NCBI GenBank assembly: GCA_013151015.1
Contig: JAADJA010000171.1
Location: 5,749-69,748 of the forward strand
Source: Chlorobiota bacterium
GTDB taxonomy: Bacteria > Bacteroidota > Bacteroidia > Bacteroidales > JAADJA01
Reading direction: 5' to 3'
Length of the DNA: 64,000 nt
Position numbers and translations under genes: made by a program. Positions 20,255-30,157 of the stretch are shown one piece after another. The notes under the pieces were generated by a model. The model ran no database searches and was not told the origin of the DNA. It saw nothing but the letters and a program-made list of their open reading frames with translations. Position 1 is the stretch's first letter, and every line of letters begins with the position of its first letter.

Positions 20255-20707
20255 TCATCCGATGACTTGAAGTCATCGGATGAATGAAGTTTTGCACATC
20301 ATCGACTCCGCTCCGTGCGCTTAACGAGAGGGGATACTTCTGGAAAAGCGTTGCATGGGATGTATCCATCTGGAGCTTTTTGCCCTGCACGAGCGTGGAC
20401 GATCATCCATTCATAGCCCATCACAGTTTTAAATTGTGATGGATCAAGACACATTTGGTCTGAGACCAAAGCGGACTCACTGCTCATCCAATAATCCCAC
20501 ATCATCCGGTGACTCCAGACCAGTTGATGAATGCACCCCCGTTTATGCCTATGTTGTCATTCCGACCCAAGGAAAAGCAATGTAGGCAAGGGGGAGGAAT
20601 CCTCTCACGGTTGCGACTGCCAACAATTGATTAACATTCCTCCAGCCTGTCATAGCATGGGGATTCCTCCTTCCTTCGTAATACCTTGCCCATATAGTCG
20701 GAATGAC
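20255..20707. repeat. Composite REP/MITE-like cluster B
   Basis: 29-nt palindrome 20255-20283; GAGAGGGG block; TGCACGAGCGTGGACG (20386); TTTGGTCTGAGACCAAA (20454); GTCATTCCGA...TCGGAATGAC (20556-20707). Confidence 0.75.
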
Positions 20708-20922
20708 CACCATGAGTTTCCATGGACTGAAGGCCATGGGTTCGTGTTGTCAAAAACCTTGCTTCCAGTAAGTGTTGTCCCCAACTAAAAATAAACCCAC
20801 ACATCCTGCAAAATAATTTCCCCTTCCCCCGTTATTATTTTATACTTTTATTTTTTCTTTGCTTCTGGCTGGTGTTGTCTCCAATCAGAAATAAATTTCA
20901 CCTTTCCCAAAAACAAAATCGT

Positions 20923-23900
20923 ATGAACAGAATCAAGTCATTTCCCCTCACATCGGCTCTCCTCGCCATTGTTTTCCTTTTCTCCTGCGGAACCCGCGAT
21001 TCCAAAAAACCTAAAAAAATCAACCCCGAATTTCGGAATTATATCAAAGCCTTTACTTCCGGTGTGATTTCGGCAGAATCGGTTATCAAAATCAATTTGC
21101 GCAGCAAGGTTTCCAATGACCTCAAAGTGGGCGAACGGCTCGATATGGATTTATTCAGCTTTTCGCCAAAAATAAATGGTGCCGCTTTTTTGGTAAACGA
21201 AAAAAGCATTGAGTTCAGACCGGAAGAACCTTTGGTTTCCGGGCAAACATATAATGCTGAATTTAAGCTATTTAAGCTATTTGATGTAAATGATGACTTG
21301 AAGGTGTTTGAATTTCAGTTCCGCACAATAGACCGTTCATTTAATGTGGTGAAAGGGGAGTTTGGTCCCTACGATAACAAAAACCTGGCCCTGAACCAAC
21401 TTTCCGGTTATGTCTCTTTAACGGATGTTATGGAACTCAAAGATGTGGAAAAAATCCTGATCGCAAAATACAATGGAAAGCAATTCCCCATAAACTGGCA
21501 GGATGATGGACATGTAAAAAGATTTCCTTTTACGGTTGACAGCATTCCCCGAACGGATGAAAAAGGCCAACTCGTACTTGTTTGGGACGGAAAACCTTTG
21601 AAAATAGAATCCCGGGGTTCCGATACGACCTTTATCCCTTCCCTTGCCGATTTTACGGTTATGGACATCAGGGTGGTACAGCGACCCGAACAATATTTCT
21701 CCATACAATTTTCCGATCCGTTATTGCACGATCAAAACCTCGATGGGCTGGTTCATTTTGAAAAGGGAGGCAAATTAAAACTGGACATCGAAAATAACAT
21801 TCTTAAGGCTTATCCCCCTGAGCGGTTAACGGGGGCAAAGACCGTTATTGTCGAAACCGGCATAAAAAACCTTTACGGTTATAAAATGAAGGACACATGG
21901 ACGATGGAAATTTCTTTTGAGAAGATAAAACCCGCTGTTGAACTGATTGGAAAGGGGAACATTGTCCCCAATTCGGATGGATTGATTTTCCCTTTCAGGG
22001 CCGTGAACCTGAAAGCCGTGGATGTGAAAGTCATAAAAATATTTGAAGAAAACATTATGCAGTTTTTCCAGGAAAACAATTTCAATGGAAACTCCGAAAT
22101 AAAAAGGGTTGGCCGACCTGTCCATAAAGAAAAGATTTTGCTGACAACCAACCCCGCCCTCGATTTGGGGAGCTGGAATGCTTTTTCCATCGATCTGACA
22201 AATATTATCAAAGACGATCCGGGTGCGATTTATCAGGTTGAGCTTTCGTTCCGTAAGGAATACTCCCTTTTCAATTGCAACGGGACAGAAGGGGAAGATA
22301 ATTTGGGTTCCTTTGATGGCAATGTTGAATTGGATATGATCGAAAGTGAAAAGAATTATTGGGATGAACCTTATTATTACTGGTATTCCTTTTATCCCAA
22401 AGGGTTCAACTGGTCTGAAAAGGACGACCCTTGCACTGTCTCCTATTATTATTCCGATCGTTGGGCAAAGGGAAATGTCCTTTCATCCAATCTTGGCATA
22501 CTTGCCAAAGGCGGCGGTGACAATAAGATGCGGTTTGTCATTACGGATCTTCGTACAACGGAACCACTTGACAATGTTGTTATTGGGCTTTACAATTACC
22601 AGCAACAGAAGATAGGTGAGGTAAAAACCGATGCTGAAGGCATGGCAGAAATCGATCTTCGCCAGAAGCCTTTTCTTTTGGTTGCAAAAAGAGGGGAAGA
22701 CAAGGGATATCTCCGTTTGGACGATGGTTCATCACTTTCGGTGAGTATGTTCAACGTGAGCGGCAAAAGGGTGCAAAAAGGGATCAAAGGCTACATATAT
22801 GGCGAACGTGGGGTTTGGCGGCCCGGCGATACCCTCTTCCTCACATTCATTATGGAAGATAAAAACAAAACACTCCCTTCGGAACACCCGGTTTCATTTG
22901 AACTTAAAAACCCTGCCGGTCAATTAGTTTCACATAAAGTGAAAATGAAAGGGATGAATGGCTTTTATCAATTTACCGTAAAAACAGAACCCGATGCGCC
23001 CACAGGTAGCTGGATTGCAAAAGTGGATGTGGGCGGTGTGGTATTCACCAAACGCATCCGTATCGAAACCGTAAAGCCAAATCGCTTAAAACTGAACCTG
23101 GATTTTGGAACAGAGAGGTTATCGGTTTCCGATAAAAAAAAATACGGTGATTTAACGGTGAAATGGCTGCATGGTGCAACTGCGAGGAATCTAAAAGCAA
23201 ATGTGACCGTTACTTTGAAAAATGCCCGCACATCTTTTGAAAATTACAAAGGCTATCATTTTAGCGATCCCACAAAAAGTTTTTATGCAGATGAAGAGGT
23301 GATTTTTGATGGCAAAACAAATGAACTCGGTGAGGCAAAAGTGAAAGCCGATCTCGGTGTTCATAAGAATGCCCCAGGAATGCTCAAAGCAGAATTTATG
23401 GTGAGGGCATTTGAAGAAGGTGGCGATTTCAGTACCGATTTTTTTTCGATACCCTATGCGCCTTATAAGGTTTTTGTGGGGATAAAGATCCCCAAAGGGG
23501 ATGATTACGGAACACTCACGACCGATTCAACTTATACCGCAGATGTAGTGACCGTTGATGCGGATGGAAACCCCGTTTCGGTTTCAGGCCTGAAAGTTTT
23601 TATGAATAAAATAAGCTGGAGATGGTGGTGGGATATTTCCGATGAATATCTTGGAAATTATTCCGGGCGGTATTCAAGGGATATGATAATGACAAAAACA
23701 ATTTCGACTAAAAATGGCAAGGGCAAATTATCATTTAAAGTGGATTATCCCGATTGGGGAAGGTTCATGCTACGTGTGGAAGACCCGGTGGGAGGCCATG
23801 CAACGGGCGTACGTTTCTATGCGGACTGGCCCGATTGGGTGAGCCGTTCAAACAGGACTTCTCCCGGCGGTGCGGCCATACTTGCTTTTTCCACCGACAA

Positions 23901-26511
23901 GGATAAATACCAGGTCGGCGACTTGGCCACCGTTACAATCCCGACTTCTGGAAAGGGAAGGGCTTTGGTAAGTATCGAAAGTGGGTCCAAAATAGTAGAT
24001 GCCTATTGGGTACTTCCCGAAGAAGGGATAAAAGAGACACAGTTCAATTTCGCCATAACCGAGGAAATGTGCCCCAATGTTTATGTAAATGTTACTTACA
24101 TCCAACCCCATGCGCAAACCACCAATGATTTGCCCATACGGCTTTATGGCATTGTCCCCATTGAAGTGGAAGACCCGGGCACTATCCTTTCCCCACAAAT
24201 AGAAATGCCCGATGAGTTGAAACCGGAGAAGGAATTTACGGTTCGGGTTTCCGAAAAAAACAATAAACCGATGACCTATACAGTTGCCGTTGTGGATGAC
24301 GGGCTGTTGGACTTGACCCGCTTCAAAACACCGGATCCCTGGTCGGCCTTTTTTGCCCACGAAGCCTTGGGCGTGAAAACCTGGGACATATACGATTTTG
24401 TACTTGGTGCTTACGGTGGGAAAATGGAAAAGCTGTTCGCCATTGGTGGTGATGAGGGTGCTTTGGAAAAAGGGAAACAAAAAGCAAATCGTTTCAAACC
24501 TGTTGTGATGTTCCTGCGGCCTTTTGAATTGAAAGGTGGCTCACAAAGCCATACTTTTAAAATGCCTCGCTATTCAGGTTCAGTACGAACCATGGTGATC
24601 GCCGGAAATGGGGAAGCTTACGGTTTTGCCGAAAAAACCACCCCTGTCAGGAACCCATTGATGATTCTGGCAACCTTGCCACGGGTGTTAGGCCCCGGCG
24701 AAACCGTTAAATTACCGGTTACGGTTTTTGCCATGAAGGAAAATGTGAAGAATGTGAAAATATCATTGCAAGCCAACGACATCTTTGAAATCCAGGGAGA
24801 AAACGAACAATCCATCTCCTTTGATAAAACAGGTGACAAGGTCATCAATTTTGACTTGAAAGTTGCCGAACGGATAGGGATTGGAAAAGTGACACTCGTT
24901 GCCACCAGCGGAAAAGAGAAAGCTACTTATGAAATTGAACTGGATGTTCGAAACCCAAATCCACCGGTAGTGGACTATATTGAAGGCGTTGTGCGTCCCG
25001 GGGAAACCTGGGAGATGGATTATACACCTGTTGGAATTGAAGGGACGAATGAGGGATTAATTGAGATTTCCGGCATCCCGCCCATTGATTTTGGGAAACG
25101 ATTGAAATACCTTGTTAAATATCCTTATGGATGTTCGGAACAAACAACCTCTGCTGCTTTTCCCCAATTGTATCTGGCGGATGTAATGGAGCTTGATAAC
25201 CGGATGAAGGACTGGAACCAAAAGAACGTGAAATCTGCCATCAACGACCTCGGGTTTATGCAGCTTTCCAATGGAGGGTTCCGTTACTGGCCAAATGCTG
25301 GGCAAGCTAATGATTGGGTTTCGTCCTACATCGGGCATTTTATGTTGGAAGCCGAACGAAAGGGATATGTGCTTCCGTCCGGGTTTAAAAACAATTGGAT
25401 AAGCTATCAAAAGAAAGCTGCCCTGAACTGGAAATATTACAGTCCAAAATATCCAAGCTATTATCACGGATCACATCTTACACAGGCCTACAGGCTTTAC
25501 ACCCTTGCTTTGGCCGGTTCGCCTGAAATGGGCGCCATGAACAGGTTAAGGGAATATGAGCGTTTGTCTGTATCTGCCCGATGGCGTTTGGCGGCAGCTT
25601 ATGCCCTGGCCGGACAACCCGAAGCAGCCCGAAGCCTCACCGCCAATCTCTCAACAGATGTGGAAGCTTATTCCAATATGAACAACCGGACTTGGGGATC
25701 ACCCTTGCGCGATATGGCAATGATATTGGAAACCATGGTCGCCATGAAAGAATACGATAAATCGGTACCCCTTGTGGTAAAGATTTCAAAACGCTTGAGC
25801 AGCAATTCGTGGTACAGTACGCAAACCACAGCATATTGCCTGATGGCCGTTTCAAAGTTTGCCGAAACCCAGAAGCTAACCGATGGCGAAATGCACTTTG
25901 TTTGCAAAATCAATGAACAGAAGGAAGTCGAAAAACACACGCAATTGCCGATTTTCCAATTCGAAATCCCTATTGATGGTACATCAAAAGGAAAAGTAAA
26001 AATCGAAAATAAAGGAAAAGCTTTGCTTTACAGTAGGGTGATGCTGTGGGGAACACCTTTGGCCGGGAAAGAAACCCATGCCGAAAGCCACATTAAACTA
26101 CAGGTGGTTTATAAAGCGATGAACGGCGGCCTCATTGATGTTTCGAGACTTGAACAAGGGACTGATTTTATTGCCGAGGTGAAAGTGTTCAATGCGTCTT
26201 TGGAAAATGGCTATTCCGATTTGGCCCTGACACAGATATTCCCTTCCGGTTGGGAAATAATAAATACCCGGCTTGCAGGTTTCACCAATGTACATAAAAA
26301 GGATATGCCACGATACCGCGATATCCGTGACGACAGGGTTTATACACATTTCAATATCTGGAAAAAATCGAGGACATTTACTGTCACTCTAAATGCCTCT
26401 TACCGCGGACGTTTTTATCTACCGGCAGTAAGTTGTGAGGCTATGTACGACAATTCGGTTTATGCCCGTGTTCCGGGCCAATGGGTGAAAGTTGTGAAAC
26501 CGGGGGAATAA
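20923..26511 (+). CDS. Bacterial alpha-2-macroglobulin (MG2-domain lipoprotein)
   Basis: Lipobox FSC; ERGVWRPGD; thioester YPYGCSEQ; YSTQTT; DIRDDRV; CEAMYD. Confidence 0.95.
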   Translation: MNRIKSFPLTSALLAIVFLFSCGTRDSKKPKKINPEFRNYIKAFTSGVISAESVIKINLRSKVSNDLKVGERLDMDLFSFSPKINGAAFLVNEKSIEFRPEEPLVSGQTYNAEFKLFKLFDVNDDLKVFEFQFRTIDRSFNVVKGEFGPYDNKNLALNQLSGYVSLTDVMELKDVEKILIAKYNGKQFPINWQDDGHVKRFPFTVDSIPRTDEKGQLVLVWDGKPLKIESRGSDTTFIPSLADFTVMDIRVVQRPEQYFSIQFSDPLLHDQNLDGLVHFEKGGKLKLDIENNILKAYPPERLTGAKTVIVETGIKNLYGYKMKDTWTMEISFEKIKPAVELIGKGNIVPNSDGLIFPFRAVNLKAVDVKVIKIFEENIMQFFQENNFNGNSEIKRVGRPVHKEKILLTTNPALDLGSWNAFSIDLTNIIKDDPGAIYQVELSFRKEYSLFNCNGTEGEDNLGSFDGNVELDMIESEKNYWDEPYYYWYSFYPKGFNWSEKDDPCTVSYYYSDRWAKGNVLSSNLGILAKGGGDNKMRFVITDLRTTEPLDNVVIGLYNYQQQKIGEVKTDAEGMAEIDLRQKPFLLVAKRGEDKGYLRLDDGSSLSVSMFNVSGKRVQKGIKGYIYGERGVWRPGDTLFLTFIMEDKNKTLPSEHPVSFELKNPAGQLVSHKVKMKGMNGFYQFTVKTEPDAPTGSWIAKVDVGGVVFTKRIRIETVKPNRLKLNLDFGTERLSVSDKKKYGDLTVKWLHGATARNLKANVTVTLKNARTSFENYKGYHFSDPTKSFYADEEVIFDGKTNELGEAKVKADLGVHKNAPGMLKAEFMVRAFEEGGDFSTDFFSIPYAPYKVFVGIKIPKGDDYGTLTTDSTYTADVVTVDADGNPVSVSGLKVFMNKISWRWWWDISDEYLGNYSGRYSRDMIMTKTISTKNGKGKLSFKVDYPDWGRFMLRVEDPVGGHATGVRFYADWPDWVSRSNRTSPGGAAILAFSTDKDKYQVGDLATVTIPTSGKGRALVSIESGSKIVDAYWVLPEEGIKETQFNFAITEEMCPNVYVNVTYIQPHAQTTNDLPIRLYGIVPIEVEDPGTILSPQIEMPDELKPEKEFTVRVSEKNNKPMTYTVAVVDDGLLDLTRFKTPDPWSAFFAHEALGVKTWDIYDFVLGAYGGKMEKLFAIGGDEGALEKGKQKANRFKPVVMFLRPFELKGGSQSHTFKMPRYSGSVRTMVIAGNGEAYGFAEKTTPVRNPLMILATLPRVLGPGETVKLPVTVFAMKENVKNVKISLQANDIFEIQGENEQSISFDKTGDKVINFDLKVAERIGIGKVTLVATSGKEKATYEIELDVRNPNPPVVDYIEGVVRPGETWEMDYTPVGIEGTNEGLIEISGIPPIDFGKRLKYLVKYPYGCSEQTTSAAFPQLYLADVMELDNRMKDWNQKNVKSAINDLGFMQLSNGGFRYWPNAGQANDWVSSYIGHFMLEAERKGYVLPSGFKNNWISYQKKAALNWKYYSPKYPSYYHGSHLTQAYRLYTLALAGSPEMGAMNRLREYERLSVSARWRLAAAYALAGQPEAARSLTANLSTDVEAYSNMNNRTWGSPLRDMAMILETMVAMKEYDKSVPLVVKISKRLSSNSWYSTQTTAYCLMAVSKFAETQKLTDGEMHFVCKINEQKEVEKHTQLPIFQFEIPIDGTSKGKVKIENKGKALLYSRVMLWGTPLAGKETHAESHIKLQVVYKAMNGGLIDVSRLEQGTDFIAEVKVFNASLENGYSDLALTQIFPSGWEIINTRLAGFTNVHKKDMPRYRDIRDDRVYTHFNIWKKSRTFTVTLNASYRGRFYLPAVSCEAMYDNSVYARVPGQWVKVVKPGE

Positions 26512-26633
26512 TTGAAAATACAAATCAGGAGATTTGCACCTTACTGAGCGTAGTTAGAGACTTTTAGTGAAAAATAGGGATTTTATAATTAAAAAAACCC
26601 GGGATTTATTATCGGTTTATCAAAAACCTTTTA

Positions 26634-27869
26634 TTAAAACTTCTTCAAAATATCTATTACCGCATCTTTGTGGATGGTAAAGCCCAACATTTTAAGTTTT
26701 ACATAATCTTCATGGAAAAAATAATAGCCAAATTCAGGGGCATTTTCGTCATTGTTCCTTGATCCCGAACTCGAATCCTTAATGAGGTACCAATCGGTCC
26801 CGTCTTTATCCAACCAGCCTATCAGGTGCATCCCATGGTCATCGGTGGAAGTTTTGTTGGAGAAACGGAATTGCCGTGCATTTTCGTCGATGTATTCCGA
26901 TGGGATATCAAAAGTTGGGACCATGGCGCAATTGGTGGTCCGGAGGAAACCGGCCTCGGAAACATCCCCGCCAATTGACATGGTGTAACCATCACGGATC
27001 GCTTTTTTGATTATTGCCATGAAATCATCAAGCGGAACATTATAATAATCTTTGCTGTGCCACCAATTATCGGGCACTTTGTACTCAACCTGTTCCCAAT
27101 AAGGTTCCTGCAAGAGCGAAAGGATTTCCACATAATCGTCCATGTCCAGTTTTGTCACATCGGTTAGGAACTCCTTTGGCGTATAGGTTTTGCCTTTATA
27201 TTCAAAAGAGGCGGGAGGTTCTCCTATGTAATGGTTCATTATGTCTTTTATGGTGTTCAGGGCATATTCCATGTTCCATGAATTTTCCTTTTTCACGTTT
27301 TGAAGGAACGTGTTCATTTCTTTGAACATCGTTGCATGGGAATGGAACTTTCGCCCTTCTACCAAACCATTGTAAACGTCCCAGGGAACAATCCCATATT
27401 CCTTATAAATCCTTGCAACGGCATTGCCTTCGGAACCTTCATCGAAATTGGAATCGCCCCGTTTCTCGACAAAACGCCTTGCCTTTTCAACGTATTCCCA
27501 ATAAACCGTATAAATGTCCGAGAGCTTGATTTTTTGTCCCGTTATACGAAAAATCTCGCTTTCGTAAAAAGAGGTGGTGGAGAAACTCCAGCAGGTACCG
27601 GCATTGCCTTGTGAAATGGTGGGCTCGTGCCAATATTGTTTATAAAGATCGATTTTGTCCGGGAGGTCATAATTTGATTGGTCCATAAAAAAACGCTTGT
27701 CCATTTTCTTCTCTTTTTGCAAATTATCAAAATTTCGCACATCTTTGAGAATGGAGTTTTGGTAATAACCGGGTTCGTACTCCTTAAAAACAGATTTGTC
27801 GTGTTGTACTTGAGCGTACAGGCTGCCCGACAAAACCAGGGCAAGCACAATGCTAAAAAGGGTTTTCAT
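26634..27869 (-). CDS. C1-family cysteine peptidase (aminopeptidase C-like)
   Basis: QGNAGTCWSFS; TDDHGMHLIG; YLIKDS. Confidence 0.92.
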   Translation of the reverse strand: MKTLFSIVLALVLSGSLYAQVQHDKSVFKEYEPGYYQNSILKDVRNFDNLQKEKKMDKRFFMDQSNYDLPDKIDLYKQYWHEPTISQGNAGTCWSFSTTSFYESEIFRITGQKIKLSDIYTVYWEYVEKARRFVEKRGDSNFDEGSEGNAVARIYKEYGIVPWDVYNGLVEGRKFHSHATMFKEMNTFLQNVKKENSWNMEYALNTIKDIMNHYIGEPPASFEYKGKTYTPKEFLTDVTKLDMDDYVEILSLLQEPYWEQVEYKVPDNWWHSKDYYNVPLDDFMAIIKKAIRDGYTMSIGGDVSEAGFLRTTNCAMVPTFDIPSEYIDENARQFRFSNKTSTDDHGMHLIGWLDKDGTDWYLIKDSSSGSRNNDENAPEFGYYFFHEDYVKLKMLGFTIHKDAVIDILKKF

Positions 27870-27972
27870 AATTTCGTGTTTTTTTTATTTGAAGGGGCAA
27901 AGGTAGGGATAAATTTATATTGTAAACCGGTATTAACCGAAGTAAATTCCTCCCCAGGGACACTTGGTGTAT

Positions 27973-28689
27973 CTACCCCAGCCTCTCCAACAACTCCTGA
28001 AAACCCTCTTTGTAATAATCCCCGACAGGGATCCATTTTTCACCAATGATGATCCGGTTCCTTTCGATGGTGTCGATCTTGGAAACGGCAATGATATAGG
28101 AACGGTGGACCCGGATGAATTTATCTTTGGGCAGTTTTGCTTCCATGGCTTTCAAGGTCATCAATGTCAGGTGAAATTTGTCTTTGATAAAAACCTTTAT
28201 GTAATCTTTCAAACCTTCAATGTACAGAATCTCATCCACGTTTATCCTCACAGTGCTTGTCCCTTCCTTGATAAACATAAAATCCTTGTTCGTGTCTTCG
28301 CTTATCTGCTTCAGTGAATCGGTTTTCGTATTGTTTATATGATAAATCCTGAATGCCTTATTTGCTGCCTTTAGGAAACGTTCAAATGCAAAGGGCTTGA
28401 CAAGGTAATCGGTGGCATCCAGTTCAAATCCTTCAACGGCATAATCATGATAGGCGGTCGTGAAAATCACCTGAGGCTTCTCGGATAAAGACTGAAACAA
28501 TTGTATCCCTGACAAATCGGGCATTTGGATATCAAGAAAAAGGAGGTCGATCTTTTCTTTTTGAAGGGCTTCCATGGCCTCAAACCCACTTTTACATAAG
28601 GCCTTCAATTTCAGGAAAGGGGTTTTGGAAACGAAATCTTCCAGCAAATCGCGGGCAAGGGGTTCATCGTCAACAATTATGCAGTTCAT
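27973..28689 (-). CDS. LytTR-family response regulator
   Basis: DDEPLA, FLDIQMP, FIRVHRSYII. Confidence 0.95.
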   Translation of the reverse strand: MNCIIVDDEPLARDLLEDFVSKTPFLKLKALCKSGFEAMEALQKEKIDLLFLDIQMPDLSGIQLFQSLSEKPQVIFTTAYHDYAVEGFELDATDYLVKPFAFERFLKAANKAFRIYHINNTKTDSLKQISEDTNKDFMFIKEGTSTVRINVDEILYIEGLKDYIKVFIKDKFHLTLMTLKAMEAKLPKDKFIRVHRSYIIAVSKIDTIERNRIIIGEKWIPVGDYYKEGFQELLERLG

Positions 28690-28761
28690 GGTTTGTTATG
28701 TGTTAAGGGTTAAAAGCTAAGTGTGGCATTAAATCATTCCATCCTTGAAGCATTGTTGCAT

Positions 28762-29856
28762 CTAAAACAATAATCTCAAATCAACACTAAAAGTTTCTCC
28801 ATTATCAGCAATCTCCAAGCGGTGTTTGTCAGGATAGCGGTTCTCCAATTGCTTTTTGATATTGACCAAACCGATCCCACTGCTTTCGTCTTTGCGCTGC
28901 GATTTGGAAATCCTGTTTACAACTTTCAAATTAAGTTCTTCATTTGTCACTTTTATGGAAACATCGATATTGGCTCCATCCGTACCCACTCCATGTTTAA
29001 AGGCATTCTCGATAAAAGGGATCATCAGCATGGGTTCGATTTTTTTCCCGATCGTACCGCCCTCAACTGAAAAGGAAACATTGGAATCTTTTGACAATCT
29101 CAATTTTTGCAATCCGATATAATTCTCCAAATAGGCAATCTCCTTCTCCAGGTCCACTATTTCTTTTTCCGATTCGTACAACATATGCCGCATCAATTCC
29201 GATAGCTTCACGATTGCACCTCCGGTCTTGTCCGACTTCTGATTGGCCAATGAATAAATCCCGTTTAAAGTGTTGAACAAAAAATGTGGGTTTACCTGCG
29301 ATTTCAGGAAAGACAATTCCGTGGCCAGCTTTTCCTTTTCCATCACCTGTTTTTCCTTCTCGTTCCGGTACCATTCCTGGGTCACTTTAATACTTGTACT
29401 TAGCAGAAGAGCAATAAATACGGCCGAAGTGAGGGCCTCCTTTTCATACCTTTCCCTCATGCTCCGCATCCGCATTTGCCGGGGCTGTTTTTTGCCCCAT
29501 TGCCTCCCTTGCCCTCGGGAATTGCCATTTTGAAAATGTTGCTGCATTCCATATTGCATTCTATTTCCTGATGGCCTGTCAAAAACACGATTATAAATTA
29601 TATTGGAGAAAAAAACCAACATAAGGCTTGCGGCAATGACCAATGAATATTTCAGGAATTTCCTTTTTGCAAGGAGCTGTGGAATAAAAATGAAATAGTT
29701 CAGGTAAAAAAAGAAAACCATCAGGAAAATGCTGAACACCCTTTTTCCCGGGAATGGATTTTCGCCAGGAACATCAAAAATAACAAAGGGGAGAAAAATA
29801 AAACCTGCCCAGGCAATGATATGTACCGATATAAAGAATATCTTTTTTTTGTCCAT
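28762..29856 (-). CDS. LytS/YehU-type sensor histidine kinase
   Basis: LKSQVNPHFLFNTLN; ENAFKHG; GIGLVN; N-terminal TM helices. Confidence 0.95.
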   Translation of the reverse strand: MDKKKIFFISVHIIAWAGFIFLPFVIFDVPGENPFPGKRVFSIFLMVFFFYLNYFIFIPQLLAKRKFLKYSLVIAASLMLVFFSNIIYNRVFDRPSGNRMQYGMQQHFQNGNSRGQGRQWGKKQPRQMRMRSMRERYEKEALTSAVFIALLLSTSIKVTQEWYRNEKEKQVMEKEKLATELSFLKSQVNPHFLFNTLNGIYSLANQKSDKTGGAIVKLSELMRHMLYESEKEIVDLEKEIAYLENYIGLQKLRLSKDSNVSFSVEGGTIGKKIEPMLMIPFIENAFKHGVGTDGANIDVSIKVTNEELNLKVVNRISKSQRKDESSGIGLVNIKKQLENRYPDKHRLEIADNGETFSVDLRLLF

Positions 29857-30157
29857 CTGTCACTTTGGATTTGCGGCAAAACTACTGAAGAATTTTTAAA
29901 TGAAATGACATTATCGACAGATGGTGGGTTTGAATCGATGAGTCAGGGCAATTGTCTGTTTCTGCCAACTGAAACAATATAGCCTGAAATCTTTCTGTTT
30001 ACAGAAACAATGGACAAATAATTTGAATATGCCAATATGTGTTGGTATTCCTTCATTACATTCTTCCTTCCCTTTAAAACCCTCATTCTCAATAAAAAAA
30101 TAATACCCCAACATACCAATTAAATAGATTACTTTTGCGCCCTCAAAATTTGAACAT

